This document shows positions 28,093 to 37,372 of a DNA stretch of 64,000 nucleotides, in pieces. The position numbers and the translations under genes were made by a program. The first letter of the stretch is position 1; each line of letters starts with the position of its first letter. The notes beneath the pieces are model-generated. The model had not been told where the DNA came from. It saw nothing but the letters and a program-made list of their open reading frames with translations, and made no database searches. The stretch is from an uncultured Alphaproteobacteria bacterium. Its GTDB lineage: Bacteria; Pseudomonadota; Alphaproteobacteria; Rhizobiales; Beijerinckiaceae. The stretch covers positions 246,877 through 310,876 of the forward strand of contig CAWGKV010000040.1 of NCBI GenBank assembly GCA_963823165.1, written 5' to 3'.

Positions 28093-28279
28093 ACTGTGCA
28101 TTGTGACACTGCTTCGCTGCCAATAGCCCTTCCACTGGCGGCTCGCCGGATGCGCCAGCGCAGCGGTGGCCATACATGACTTGACGAATATCCACAAGGA
28201 GACGCTTGGGGGCTAGGGGTCAAATGCCTGCTTCGGTGCGGTCGCCTCGGAAACGACTCCGAAAGTCCCCGCTTCTGCA

Positions 28280-28786
28280 TCAGACAGGCGATGCGCGATG
28301 AACCCGGGCCATCGCGATTGCGTCTCGAAACCTCCCATCGACAAAGACAGCATCCTTCAGCACGCCTTCCCTGACAAAACCGACCTTGTCGTAAAGGGCG
28401 ATCGCCCGAGCGTTGTCGGCGTGCACGCTGAACTCGACGCGAACAAAGCCTAACTGGTCCGCCCTTTTCAGGGTCGTTTCAAGCAGCCGCAACCCCAGGC
28501 CATAGCCTCGATAGGCAGGGACGAGGCCCATGCCGAGGCTCCCTCGATGAGCGTGCGCCGGAAAGCAGTGCCGACGAACGTCACACCAGCCGACGACTTC
28601 ATCATTGGCCAGCGCCGCGAATTGCGGATCGCCGCGCTTCATGCCGCTCAGCACGAAATCGCGGGTCTCGGCCAAAGGGGGAGCTTCAAGAAGAGTGAGA
28701 TATTTGCGCTCGCGGGCAACCGCGTCGAGCGCGCGGTGAAAGCTCTCAATGTCCTCCGGCCGGATTGGCTCAATCTTTGCGTTCAT
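28280..28786 (-). CDS. GNAT acetyltransferase (RimJ/YhhY-like)
   Basis: VVGWCDV, GSLGMGLVPAYRGYGLG, VHADNARAIALYDKVGF. Confidence 0.92.
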   Translation of the reverse strand: MNAKIEPIRPEDIESFHRALDAVARERKYLTLLEAPPLAETRDFVLSGMKRGDPQFAALANDEVVGWCDVRRHCFPAHAHRGSLGMGLVPAYRGYGLGLRLLETTLKRADQLGFVRVEFSVHADNARAIALYDKVGFVREGVLKDAVFVDGRFRDAIAMARVHRASPV

Positions 28787-28916
28787 GCTGCGGGCGCTCG
28801 GGGGTGTTTCTGGTGGGAGTTACGGCGGCGCCCAAAATGCCTCTTGGGGCAGCCGGCCGCAAACTGTGAGCGGAGCCGGAACCTTCGCCGACCGGCGGAG
28901 TTCCAAACTCGGTCCG

Positions 28917-28941
28917 GCGCGCCTTTCGGGGCGCGCTTTTT
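28917..28941 (+). terminator. Intrinsic terminator-like hairpin upstream of the hydrolase gene
   Basis: GCGCGCC-TTTCGG-GGCGCGC stem-loop followed by TTTTT. Confidence 0.55.
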
Positions 28942-28992
28942 CATGTCAGGCGACGCGAGCTTGCGGGCGGCCGTCGCTCGCAGGAGAGGTTA

Positions 28993-30042
28993 GTGACGGA
29001 ACTCCGACCCGAAGATGACTTGATTTGCGACGCGCGAGCGATTCGAGCCGGGCGCGACGACGCGGCGCAGGACGACGTTCGGCAATTGTGGAAACCCGTG
29101 GCCGTGCTCGCCTCACTGGCCGCCGCCGACGCGCTTTATGAAAGCAACCGGGCGCGGAAAGCGGAGCGTGAAAACCCGCCAGTCGGCCATTTCATCGAGG
29201 TCGACGGGGTGCGGCTGCATTACCTGGACCGAGGCGGGGACAGCTGGGGCCGCGCCGCCGCCGTGCTGCTGCACGGCAACGGCGCCATGGCGGAGGATTT
29301 CGTGATCAGCGGCGTCGTCGACCACGCGGCCCGCCGGCGCAGGGTCGTCAGCTTCGACCGCCCGGGATTCGGCCACAGCGAAAGGACGCGCGACAGGCTC
29401 TGGACCCCGCAGGCGCAGGCTGATCTTTTACGCCGGGCGCTCGCCCGGCTGGGCGTCGAACGGCCGGTCGTGGTCGGCCATAGCTGGGGAACGCTGGTCG
29501 CCCTGGCGCTGGCTCTGGAACAGCCCCAATTGGTCGCGGGCCTGGTGCTTATTTCCGGCTATTATTACCCGTCGGCGCGCGTCGACGCGGCGCTCTTCGC
29601 GGCGCCGGCGATCCCGGTGGTCGGCGACATCCTCCGCTACACCGTTTCGCCCGCCATCGCGCGGATGATGACTCCCGCCATCGTCCGAGAGGCGTTCTCG
29701 CCGCGTCCGACGCCGGAGCGGTTCAAGGCGGAGTTCCCCTTCGCGTTGACGGTGCGTCCCTCGCAAATACGCGCCGCCGCCGAAGACTCCGGCTTCATGG
29801 CGCCCGCGGCGGCGGAGCTCCAGCCCCGCTACCCCAGCCTGCAGACGCCGGTGGTCATCCTGGCCGGGACCGATGACGCCATCGTCGACATGCGAGACCA
29901 CGCGGCGCGTCTGCGCCGCGACATTCCGCGCAGCCAGTTGTGGGTCGAGCCGGGCGTCGGGCACATGCTGCATTACGCCGTCCCGGACCTGGTGGCGGAG
30001 GCGATCGACAGCGTCGCCGCCCGGTACGAGCGCGTTGTCTGA
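28993..30042 (+). CDS. Alpha/beta-fold hydrolase
   Basis: LLHGNG, FDRPGFGHS, nucleophile elbow GHSWG, GVGHMLH. AGGAG RBS. Confidence 0.92.
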   Translation: MTELRPEDDLICDARAIRAGRDDAAQDDVRQLWKPVAVLASLAAADALYESNRARKAERENPPVGHFIEVDGVRLHYLDRGGDSWGRAAAVLLHGNGAMAEDFVISGVVDHAARRRRVVSFDRPGFGHSERTRDRLWTPQAQADLLRRALARLGVERPVVVGHSWGTLVALALALEQPQLVAGLVLISGYYYPSARVDAALFAAPAIPVVGDILRYTVSPAIARMMTPAIVREAFSPRPTPERFKAEFPFALTVRPSQIRAAAEDSGFMAPAAAELQPRYPSLQTPVVILAGTDDAIVDMRDHAARLRRDIPRSQLWVEPGVGHMLHYAVPDLVAEAIDSVAARYERVV

Positions 30043-30081
30043 GCTCGCAATCTCGCCGCGCGCCGCAGGTCGTCAGCAGGC

Positions 30082-32037
30082 TCACCTCAACCTGACCGGG
30101 ATGATTTCGACCGTCAGCCGCACCTCGTCGCCGAGGCCGTAGTACGAATAGGCGGGACGCGACGCCTGGCGCAGGAAGAGGAACAGTTTCAGCCGCATGC
30201 GCTTGAAAAGGTTGCTCCTGCGGGCCGGCAGCAGGTTCTCCTGCATGACGTGGACGATCCATTGATGGGGGTCGCTCGGCAGGTCGATCTCATGATGCCG
30301 GGCGAGGTCTTCCAGCGCCCGCTCGACGTTCGGCTCCTCGAGGAAGCCGAAGGAGAGCTCGACGCCGATGATGTTGCCCTTCTCGGCGTTGCGGTCGAAC
30401 ACCGTCACCTGATAGCGGCTGCCGTGGATGTAGGGCGTCTTCTTGTGGGAGACCTCGACAAAGACGAGGTTGCGCGGCAGGACGCCGGTGCGCTCGGCGA
30501 TGAGCCGGATCAGCGACGGCGCGCGGTCGCCAAGCGATCTTAAGGGCCGCGGCGACATGATGAGCGCATTGCGCTCGAGGTAGTGCCGGCTCGATCGGTG
30601 CAGCTCGACGACTTCGGCCATGGTCAGCGTCGCCTTGGCGTCGTGGGCGGCGGTGGTCGCCTTCCGGCCCCAGCGCCAAGTCGCCATGGCGGCGAAGGCG
30701 ATCGCGCCGACGGCGATCGGCACGTAGCCGCCCTCGAACAGCTTCAGCGAGCTCGCCAACAGGAAGGCGCCGTTCAGCGCCGTCAGCGGCCCCCAGACGA
30801 GCGCCGTCGTCGCCGGCGCCCAGCCCCACTGGCGCAGCGCGACCGGGATCATGGCGACCGACGTGATCACCATCACCCCCGACACCGCGAGGCCGTAGGC
30901 CGCCGCCAACGACGCGCTCGAGCCGAAGAACCATACCAGCGCCGCGCAGCCGACGAGCAGCATCCAGTTGATGACCGGAATATAGATCTGCCCCTCGTGG
31001 AAGTGGTGGGTGTGGCGGATTTCGAGCCGCGGGAAGAGGCCGAGCCGGATCGCCTGCGAGACGAGGGAGAAGGCGCCGGAAATGAGCGCCTGCGAGGCGA
31101 TGACGGTCGCCGCCGTCGCAAGCGCGACCATCGGCATGACGAGCCATTGCGGCGCGAGGGCGAAGAACAGCTTGGCGTCGGCGACCGGCGCGCCGCTGAT
31201 CAGATAGGCGCCCTGGCCGAGATAGTTGAGGAGGAGCGCCGGATAGACGATTGCGTACCAGGAGAGGCGGATCGGCAGGGCGCCGAAATGGCCGACGTCG
31301 GCGTACATCGCTTCTCCGCCGGCGACGACCAGCATCACGGCGCCGAGGATGAAGAGCGCCTCGACGAAACGCGCATGCGCCAGAAACGCGACGCCATAGG
31401 CCGGATTGAAGGCGGCGAGGATCTGCGGATGGGCCAGGATCGCGGCGCCGCCGAGCGCGGCGATGGCGAGGAACCAGACGAGCACGACCGGCCCGAACAC
31501 CGAACCGACGCCGGAGGCGCCCTTGAACTGGACGGCGAACAGCGCGACGAGCAGCCCGAGCGTGACCGGAACGACCGCGCCGGAAAATGCCGGCGCGGCG
31601 ACCGCGAGGCCCTCGACGGCGGAGAGCACGCTGATCGCCGGCGTGATCATGCCGTCGCCGATGAGCAGGCCCGCGCCGGCCATCAGGGCCCAGAGCAGCA
31701 TGCGGGCGCGGCGGTCCGCGCGGTCGTGCAGCAGGCCGTAGAGGGCGAACACGCCGCCCTCGCCGTCGTTCTGCGCCTTGAGCACGAACATCGGATACTG
31801 GACCGCGACAACGGCGGTCAGCGACCAGATCGCGAGCGAGACCGCCCCTAGCGCGTCGCCCGGCGCAGCGCGGACGATCTGGTCCATGGCGTAGAGCGGG
31901 GAGGTGCCGACCGAGCCGAACACGACGCCGAGCGCGCCAAGGGCCAGCGGGACCACGCCGCCGCGCGGCAGGTGATCATGCGCCAGCCTGGCGGCCCCGG
32001 CGCGATGCGGACGATCGACGAGGAGCGACATCGGCAT
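30082..32037 (-). CDS. kup: KUP/HAK/KT family transporter with atypical motifs
   Basis: GTSPLY, NDGEGG, GDGMITPAISVLSAVEG, YADVGHFG, GQIYIP.INW, AAAYGLAV. The start is uncertain (32037 or 32031). Confidence 0.93.
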   Translation of the reverse strand: MPMSLLVDRPHRAGAARLAHDHLPRGGVVPLALGALGVVFGSVGTSPLYAMDQIVRAAPGDALGAVSLAIWSLTAVVAVQYPMFVLKAQNDGEGGVFALYGLLHDRADRRARMLLWALMAGAGLLIGDGMITPAISVLSAVEGLAVAAPAFSGAVVPVTLGLLVALFAVQFKGASGVGSVFGPVVLVWFLAIAALGGAAILAHPQILAAFNPAYGVAFLAHARFVEALFILGAVMLVVAGGEAMYADVGHFGALPIRLSWYAIVYPALLLNYLGQGAYLISGAPVADAKLFFALAPQWLVMPMVALATAATVIASQALISGAFSLVSQAIRLGLFPRLEIRHTHHFHEGQIYIPVINWMLLVGCAALVWFFGSSASLAAAYGLAVSGVMVITSVAMIPVALRQWGWAPATTALVWGPLTALNGAFLLASSLKLFEGGYVPIAVGAIAFAAMATWRWGRKATTAAHDAKATLTMAEVVELHRSSRHYLERNALIMSPRPLRSLGDRAPSLIRLIAERTGVLPRNLVFVEVSHKKTPYIHGSRYQVTVFDRNAEKGNIIGVELSFGFLEEPNVERALEDLARHHEIDLPSDPHQWIVHVMQENLLPARRSNLFKRMRLKLFLFLRQASRPAYSYYGLGDEVRLTVEIIPVRLR

Positions 32038-32176
32038 TGAAGCGTGTATTTTAGCTATTTTGCAATGGGATTGCCCGAGGAACAACGCTTTCCGCCTGCG
32101 ACACTTGCGCCCAGGGGCGGATTGGTTTACGGGCCGCGTTTCCTACATATCGGATATCTATTGAGGAGACCGGGTT

Positions 32177-32422
32177 TTGGCCCAGGCTGCGGCGATGAAG
32201 CCGATCAACTGGAGGAATGCGTTGACGCTGCTCAGCGTCGCCATTCTGGTCGGCACCGAGCTCGTCGGCGCGGGGACCGCCGCCGGCTGGGCGATCGGCG
32301 GCCTGTTCGGCCTCGGCGAGCCGACCACGCATATCCTCGAAGGCCTGCTCGTTATCTCCGCGCTGACCGGGCTCTACTATTTCCTGCGCGCCGCGCTTGC
32401 CCACGAGCCGATCCGGGGGTAG
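32177..32422 (+). CDS. Small two-TM hypothetical protein
   Basis: Two hydrophobic helices (LTLLSVAILVGTEL...; LLVISALTGLYYFL) and high-GC3 codon usage. Confidence 0.7.
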   Translation: MAQAAAMKPINWRNALTLLSVAILVGTELVGAGTAAGWAIGGLFGLGEPTTHILEGLLVISALTGLYYFLRAALAHEPIRG

Positions 32423-32456
32423 GGCGACCTCCGCCAAATTCGGCGCTCTCCGACTC

Positions 32457-32903
32457 CTACCGGCCGATCCGCGCGCTTTCGAGCGCCGCCGCGAGCCGCT
32501 CGGCTTTCGCGCCCTCGTTCAGCCCCTTCTCGTCGAACAGCAGGTGCATGATCTCGACCCCTGCCTGGCGCTGCCCGATCGTCAGGCGGAAGAAGGCGGA
32601 GACCATCGCGTATCGGAACTCCATGTCGAGGGCGACGACCGGCGTTCCGTCCCATGGCGCCTTGACGCTCGCCGACAGCGCATAGCGCAGCGTGCCGCTC
32701 TTGAAGAAGAGTTCTGTCGAGGAATTGATCAGATCGGCGATGTTCGCGGCATGGTCGTTGCGGATCATGGCGACGAGTTCGGCGGCGTCGGTCAGCCGCA
32801 ATTCGCTCGCCACGTCGACGAGCGCGTTGGCGATGATGCGCTCCCGGTCGAGCGATCGGCTCGGGCCGCGCCACCGGCGGGCTATTGCCTTCGGTAAGCC
32901 CAT
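32457..32903 (-). CDS. Conserved hypothetical protein downstream of flhB
   Basis: Globular ORF (DVASELRLTD...IADLINSSTELFFKSGTLRY) overlapping the flhB stop, the position of the accessory ORF in rhizobial flagellar clusters. Confidence 0.7.
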   Translation of the reverse strand: MGLPKAIARRWRGPSRSLDRERIIANALVDVASELRLTDAAELVAMIRNDHAANIADLINSSTELFFKSGTLRYALSASVKAPWDGTPVVALDMEFRYAMVSAFFRLTIGQRQAGVEIMHLLFDEKGLNEGAKAERLAAALESARIGR

Positions 32904-33967
32904 CCCGCCTTCCTCTGCTGGATGAGGTGCACGATCTCGGCCACCGCGCGATAGAATTCCGCGGGGATTGGACGCTCGACCTCCGCCCCCGCATAGAGCG
33001 AACGGGCAAGCGGCTTGTCCTCGACCACTGGGATATCGTGCGCCTCGGCGATTGCCCAAATCTTGAGCGCGACGAGGTCCGCTCCCTTGGCCAGAACGAC
33101 GGGAGCGCCGCCCTCACTGCGGACATATCGCATCGCCACCGCATAATGGGTTGGATTGGCGACCACCATGGTCGCACGCGGCACCGCCGACAGCATGCGG
33201 CGGCGCGAGCGGTCGAGGCGCAGCGATCGCAGGCGGGCCTTGACCAGACGGTCGCCCTCAGCCTGCCGTAGCTCCTCCTTGATCTCCTGCTTGCTCATGC
33301 GATTGTCGCGCCGCCACAATATCCGCGACCAGACGAGGTCGGCGCTCGCGACCGCGAGCGTAGCCGCCAGAACGGCGCCGATCGTCTTGATCGTGAGCGC
33401 GTGAATGCGCTCCGGCAGGGCGCCGGGATCGTCCTCCATCGCCGTCAGCAAAACGGCCTTCTGGCCCAAGAGAACAATGCCCGCGACAGCTGTGACCGCG
33501 CCGAGCTTGATCAGGTTCTTTGCGAGCTCGACCGCCCCGCGCGCCCCGAACATGCGCCGGAATCCGGCGCGCGGCGAGATGCGCGCAAGGTCCGGCATGA
33601 TGCGATCGGGCACGACGCGCGGGACTCCTTGCGCGATCGACGCGACGACGCCGGCCCCCATCAAGAGGGCTACCACAGGCAAGAGAAATTCGACGGCCGC
33701 GCCGACGAGCGGGCCGGCCAGCGCGAGCGCGTCGGCGCCGCGCTCGATCCGCCAGCCGGCCGGGTCGTCGATCACGCCGATCAGTCCGGCGATCAGGCCG
33801 GCGGCGCGCCCGGGGATGACGAAGACGAATGCGACGAGCGCCGCCGAGAGTGAGGCGAACAGGGGCGCCTCGCGCGAGAATGCGGTCCGTCCGCGCTCGA
33901 TTGCGTCGCTGAGCCGCTTCTCGGTCGGCTCCTCGGTCTTGTCCTCGTGATCGACGTCGCCGCTCAT
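32882..33967 (-). CDS. flhB: Flagellar export apparatus protein FlhB
   Basis: KTEEPTEKRL N-terminus, MSKQEIKEELRQAEGD, NPTH autocleavage motif, PVVEDKPLARSLY. Confidence 0.96.
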   Translation of the reverse strand: MSGDVDHEDKTEEPTEKRLSDAIERGRTAFSREAPLFASLSAALVAFVFVIPGRAAGLIAGLIGVIDDPAGWRIERGADALALAGPLVGAAVEFLLPVVALLMGAGVVASIAQGVPRVVPDRIMPDLARISPRAGFRRMFGARGAVELAKNLIKLGAVTAVAGIVLLGQKAVLLTAMEDDPGALPERIHALTIKTIGAVLAATLAVASADLVWSRILWRRDNRMSKQEIKEELRQAEGDRLVKARLRSLRLDRSRRRMLSAVPRATMVVANPTHYAVAMRYVRSEGGAPVVLAKGADLVALKIWAIAEAHDIPVVEDKPLARSLYAGAEVERPIPAEFYRAVAEIVHLIQQRKAGWAYRRQ

Positions 33968-33983
33968 CCCCGCGTTCGATTCC

Positions 33984-34994
33984 TTACGCCGCTTGGTCCG
34001 CGGCCGCGCCGATCTCGATCTCGTTGCGGGCGGCCATGCCAAGCACAATCTCGGCGATGGCCTTGCGCGCCTTGGCGACGTCCCGCGGCGGCGCAGGGGC
34101 GCCGGATGCGAGCTCTCCTTCGACCAGACGTCGCCCGCGCGATGGCATTGACGAGAGAATGGAGTTGCGGAAATCCGGGTCGGTCCCGCGCAGCGCCATC
34201 ACGACGATGTCGATCGAGGCGCGATCGAACAGAAGCGCCCGCGCGCGTTCGCTCAGTCTGGGCAGGTCGTTGAAGGAGAAGAGCATGGTCTTGATGACGG
34301 CGGCGTCCTTCGGCCGCGCCTCTCCAATGGCGCGCATGACGTCCGCGGCCTCGTCGGGGTCGAGATTGTTGATGATGCCGGCGATGCGCTGGCGTCCGTC
34401 GTCGGCGGCGGCCGGCGTCTTGGCCGTATCCAGAAGACCGCGCATTGCGCTTTCAACCAGTTGCGCGGCCAGCGGCGTGATCTCGTGCGGCGCAACCAGG
34501 CCGCACAGCGCTGCGTTGCGTCGCGCGCGCGGAAGGGCGCTGACGATCTTGGCTGCGAGCGGCGGGTCGAGCCTGGAAAGGAGATAGGTCGCGGTCGCAG
34601 GCTTCTCTGTCATCAAGAACGCGACAATGGAGCCTTCGGGAAGATTGGCGAGCGCCCGCCACACGTCGAACCCGTCGTCGGCCGCCGCGCCGAGCAGATC
34701 ATCGACCTCGCGCGGCGGCATTGCGTCCGCCAGAAGGGTGCGCGCCTGGCTGGCGTCGCCGAGGAGATTGACGCCAGCGGAAAAGTCGGTTGCGAATTCC
34801 TGCGTCAGCCGGTCGAGCATGGCCGGCGACACCACGCCGAGCCCGGCAGCCGCCCGGGCGACGACCTTGAGATCGGGCTGATCGAAATGTTTCAGAAGGC
34901 GGCCGGCGGTCGGAGGCCCGAGCATGAGCAGAACCGCGGCTGCCTTTTCCGGCCCGCTGAGAACACGCTCGCCGTTAATCGCGGCCTCGAGCAT
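33984..34994 (-). CDS. fliG: Flagellar motor switch protein FliG
   Basis: LSGPEKAAAVLLMLG, IKTMLFSFNDL, VMALRG, ILSSMPSRGRRLVE. Confidence 0.93.
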   Translation of the reverse strand: MLEAAINGERVLSGPEKAAAVLLMLGPPTAGRLLKHFDQPDLKVVARAAAGLGVVSPAMLDRLTQEFATDFSAGVNLLGDASQARTLLADAMPPREVDDLLGAAADDGFDVWRALANLPEGSIVAFLMTEKPATATYLLSRLDPPLAAKIVSALPRARRNAALCGLVAPHEITPLAAQLVESAMRGLLDTAKTPAAADDGRQRIAGIINNLDPDEAADVMRAIGEARPKDAAVIKTMLFSFNDLPRLSERARALLFDRASIDIVVMALRGTDPDFRNSILSSMPSRGRRLVEGELASGAPAPPRDVAKARKAIAEIVLGMAARNEIEIGAAADQAA

Positions 34995-35010
34995 CGACCC
35001 GCTCCCCTCC

Positions 35011-35361
35011 TCACGCCGCCTGCTCGAGGCTGGGGCTGGCGACGATCTCCAGCAGCGACACGCCGAACCGCTGGCTGGATTCGTCGACGACCACAATCTC
35101 GCCTCGCGCCACCACCTTGCCGTTCACCACAATGTCGACAGGGTCTCCCACGCGCTGGTCGAGGGAGATCACGGCGCCTCGCGCGAGCTTCATCAGGTTT
35201 GCGACCGGCAATGACGTCGAGCCGAGCACGACCTGAACGGTGACCGGGATGGATAGGATCGCATTCAGGTTCGGGGCGATCGGGTTCGGCGGCCCGGGAC
35301 GCGCAACGTCCGCCTCGTCGCATGAGGCTGGCGGATCAGGGAAGGCAGCGGCTTCGACCAT
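35011..35361 (-). CDS. fliN: Flagellar motor switch protein FliN
   Basis: ILSIPVTVQVVLGST, LDQRVGDPVDIVVNGKVVARGEIVVV (SpoA domain). Confidence 0.93.
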   Translation of the reverse strand: MVEAAAFPDPPASCDEADVARPGPPNPIAPNLNAILSIPVTVQVVLGSTSLPVANLMKLARGAVISLDQRVGDPVDIVVNGKVVARGEIVVVDESSQRFGVSLLEIVASPSLEQAA

Positions 35362-35407
35362 GAGTGTTTCTCTCTAAAGGCATTGAACCGGGAGGCGACG
35401 CGCTCGC

Positions 35408-36343
35408 CTACCGGACGGCGAACTCGACGTCCTGCGCGATCGGAACCTCGATCTCGAGACGGTACCTTCCGTCGCCCTGGCCGAGCTTGCAGAAAAACAT
35501 GCCGCGTCCGGCGCATTCCAGCCGCACCGCGTCGAACCCGCGGGTTTTGAGGGCGAGCACTTCGCCCACGCGAAATTGGGCGACTTCGCCAAGGGTCATC
35601 GGAAATTCCTCCAGGATTGCGGTTACCGGCAGTCGCGTCTGTTTGACCCCCGTCTCCATGGAGAGCGACCAACGCCGGTCGGCGCGGGCCGGCTCGGCGG
35701 CGTCCCGCTCGAGCTCCTTTCGGAAGGGAAGCAAAAGCGACTGCGGCATCAGGATGAGGCATTCGCAGGCGCCCCCGTTCATCGGCAGCGAAAAACGCGC
35801 CGCGGCGCCCGGCATGTCGCGCTGTCCAAGCGCGTAGGCGTCGCTCAGCGTGACGAGGCGATCGAAGCCGATCGACAGCGGCGCGATCGGAGCGAAGGCC
35901 GATTCGAGCGCGCGTCCAAGCGCGCGGGCGAACTCCTCGACGAGTGCGTTCTCAATCGCGGTGCGAGACCGAGGCTCGGCGACCGTCAACTCGTCCTCCA
36001 ATTCCGGCGCGATGCTTTCGCCGAAGACGGACATGACGATCAGATCGTCTATTCGCTCGTCGAGCGCGATGAGAAGGCGCGCTTCGGGCTCGGCGCTCGC
36101 ATAGATCGCCGCGGTGAGACCGCTGCAGTCGCCGATCGCCCGGAAAAGGGTCGTGCGCTGCGCCGGCTCGACGGATCCGGCCCCGGACAGGCGAATGAGC
36201 GGAGCCAGATTCCGCTGCGCTTCCGCGACGAACTGATCGAGCCCTCGGGCAAGCCCCCGCATTCGCTCGACAGCGAAGCCGGCATGGTCGCGCAAGGCCT
36301 CCTTGAGCTTTCCAGGGCCTAGGGAATCGCGGTCCCCGGTCAT
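35408..36343 (-). CDS. fliM: Flagellar motor switch protein FliM (rhizobial type)
   Basis: Lies between motA and fliN. Has RTAIENAL and a C-terminal SpoA-like TLGEVAQFRVGEVLAL...FFCKLGQ. Confidence 0.8.
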   Translation of the reverse strand: MTGDRDSLGPGKLKEALRDHAGFAVERMRGLARGLDQFVAEAQRNLAPLIRLSGAGSVEPAQRTTLFRAIGDCSGLTAAIYASAEPEARLLIALDERIDDLIVMSVFGESIAPELEDELTVAEPRSRTAIENALVEEFARALGRALESAFAPIAPLSIGFDRLVTLSDAYALGQRDMPGAAARFSLPMNGGACECLILMPQSLLLPFRKELERDAAEPARADRRWSLSMETGVKQTRLPVTAILEEFPMTLGEVAQFRVGEVLALKTRGFDAVRLECAGRGMFFCKLGQGDGRYRLEIEVPIAQDVEFAVR

Positions 36344-37221
36344 GCCGCTTCCTTGACCACATTGTCGGCGCCGCCGGATATCGTTTCGTTCTCGACCACG
36401 TCGATGGTCGGCCGCTCCTCGGAGGGAATGGTCTTGCGCCCGAACTCGACGGCGACCTGCGGCATCGCCCCGTTCATGAAGGCGAGCAGGCTCTGCTTGA
36501 CCAGCGTGAACAGACGCAACTGCTTCTGGCGCACCGCCTTGATCTTCTGCGCAATCGGGCCGACGAGCGCGTAGGAGAGAAAGATCCCCCCGAAAGTCCC
36601 GACCAGCGCCGCGCCGATGAGCCCGCCGAGCGCCTCCGGCGACTGGTCGAGCGCGCTCATCGCATGGATGATGCCGAGCACCGCGGCGACGATGCCGAGC
36701 GCCGGCAGTCCGTCGGCCGCGGCCTGATAGGCGTGGGCCGGCTTGTAGCGGTCGTGCGCCAGGGTCTCGATCTCCTCGTCCATCAGCGCCTCGATTTCGT
36801 GGGTGCGGGCGTTGCCGATGATGACGAGACGGCCGTAGTCGCAGATGAACGTGACCAGGGTCTTGTTGGCGAGGAGGTTGGGGAACGCTTTGAAGATCTC
36901 GGATTCGCCCGGGTTGTCGAAATGGGCCTCGACTTCGCCGCGCGACTTCGCCCGAAGCTCGCGCATCAGCGCATGCAACGCGCTCAGCACGTCGAGGTAG
37001 TCGCGCGGCTTCGGAACCTTGTCGAGCACCGCCTCGAGAAAGGCTTTGCCGCAGTCCTTGATCGTCGACGTCGTGTTGGAGACGATGAAGATGCCGAGCG
37101 CCGCGCCGCCGATGATGACGAATTCGTAGGGTTGCACCAGCACTTCGAGATGCCCGCCGAGCGCCGCGTAGCCGCCCAGAATGCAGCCGACGGCGATCAC
37201 AAGGCCAATGGCAAAGTTCAA
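36340..37221 (-). CDS. motA: Flagellar stator protein MotA
   Basis: GGHLEVLVQPYEFVIIGGAA, DGLPALGIVAAVLG, ALVGTFGGIFLSY, VEFGRK. GGGGAG RBS before TTG 37221. Confidence 0.96.
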   Translation of the reverse strand: MNFAIGLVIAVGCILGGYAALGGHLEVLVQPYEFVIIGGAALGIFIVSNTTSTIKDCGKAFLEAVLDKVPKPRDYLDVLSALHALMRELRAKSRGEVEAHFDNPGESEIFKAFPNLLANKTLVTFICDYGRLVIIGNARTHEIEALMDEEIETLAHDRYKPAHAYQAAADGLPALGIVAAVLGIIHAMSALDQSPEALGGLIGAALVGTFGGIFLSYALVGPIAQKIKAVRQKQLRLFTLVKQSLLAFMNGAMPQVAVEFGRKTIPSEERPTIDVVENETISGGADNVVKEAA

Positions 37222-37372
37222 GGCGCGCTCCCCGTCGGAACCCCGGCTCGAATGTGCGGTCCGAGACTTACGCCAGGCTGTCAGAAGCAAGGTCAGCCTC
37301 GGACAAGGCGGGGACGCCACGATACCGTTGCAATCGCGACCCGCCCCGGGCGGTTCGTTCCGGGAACGCCTC

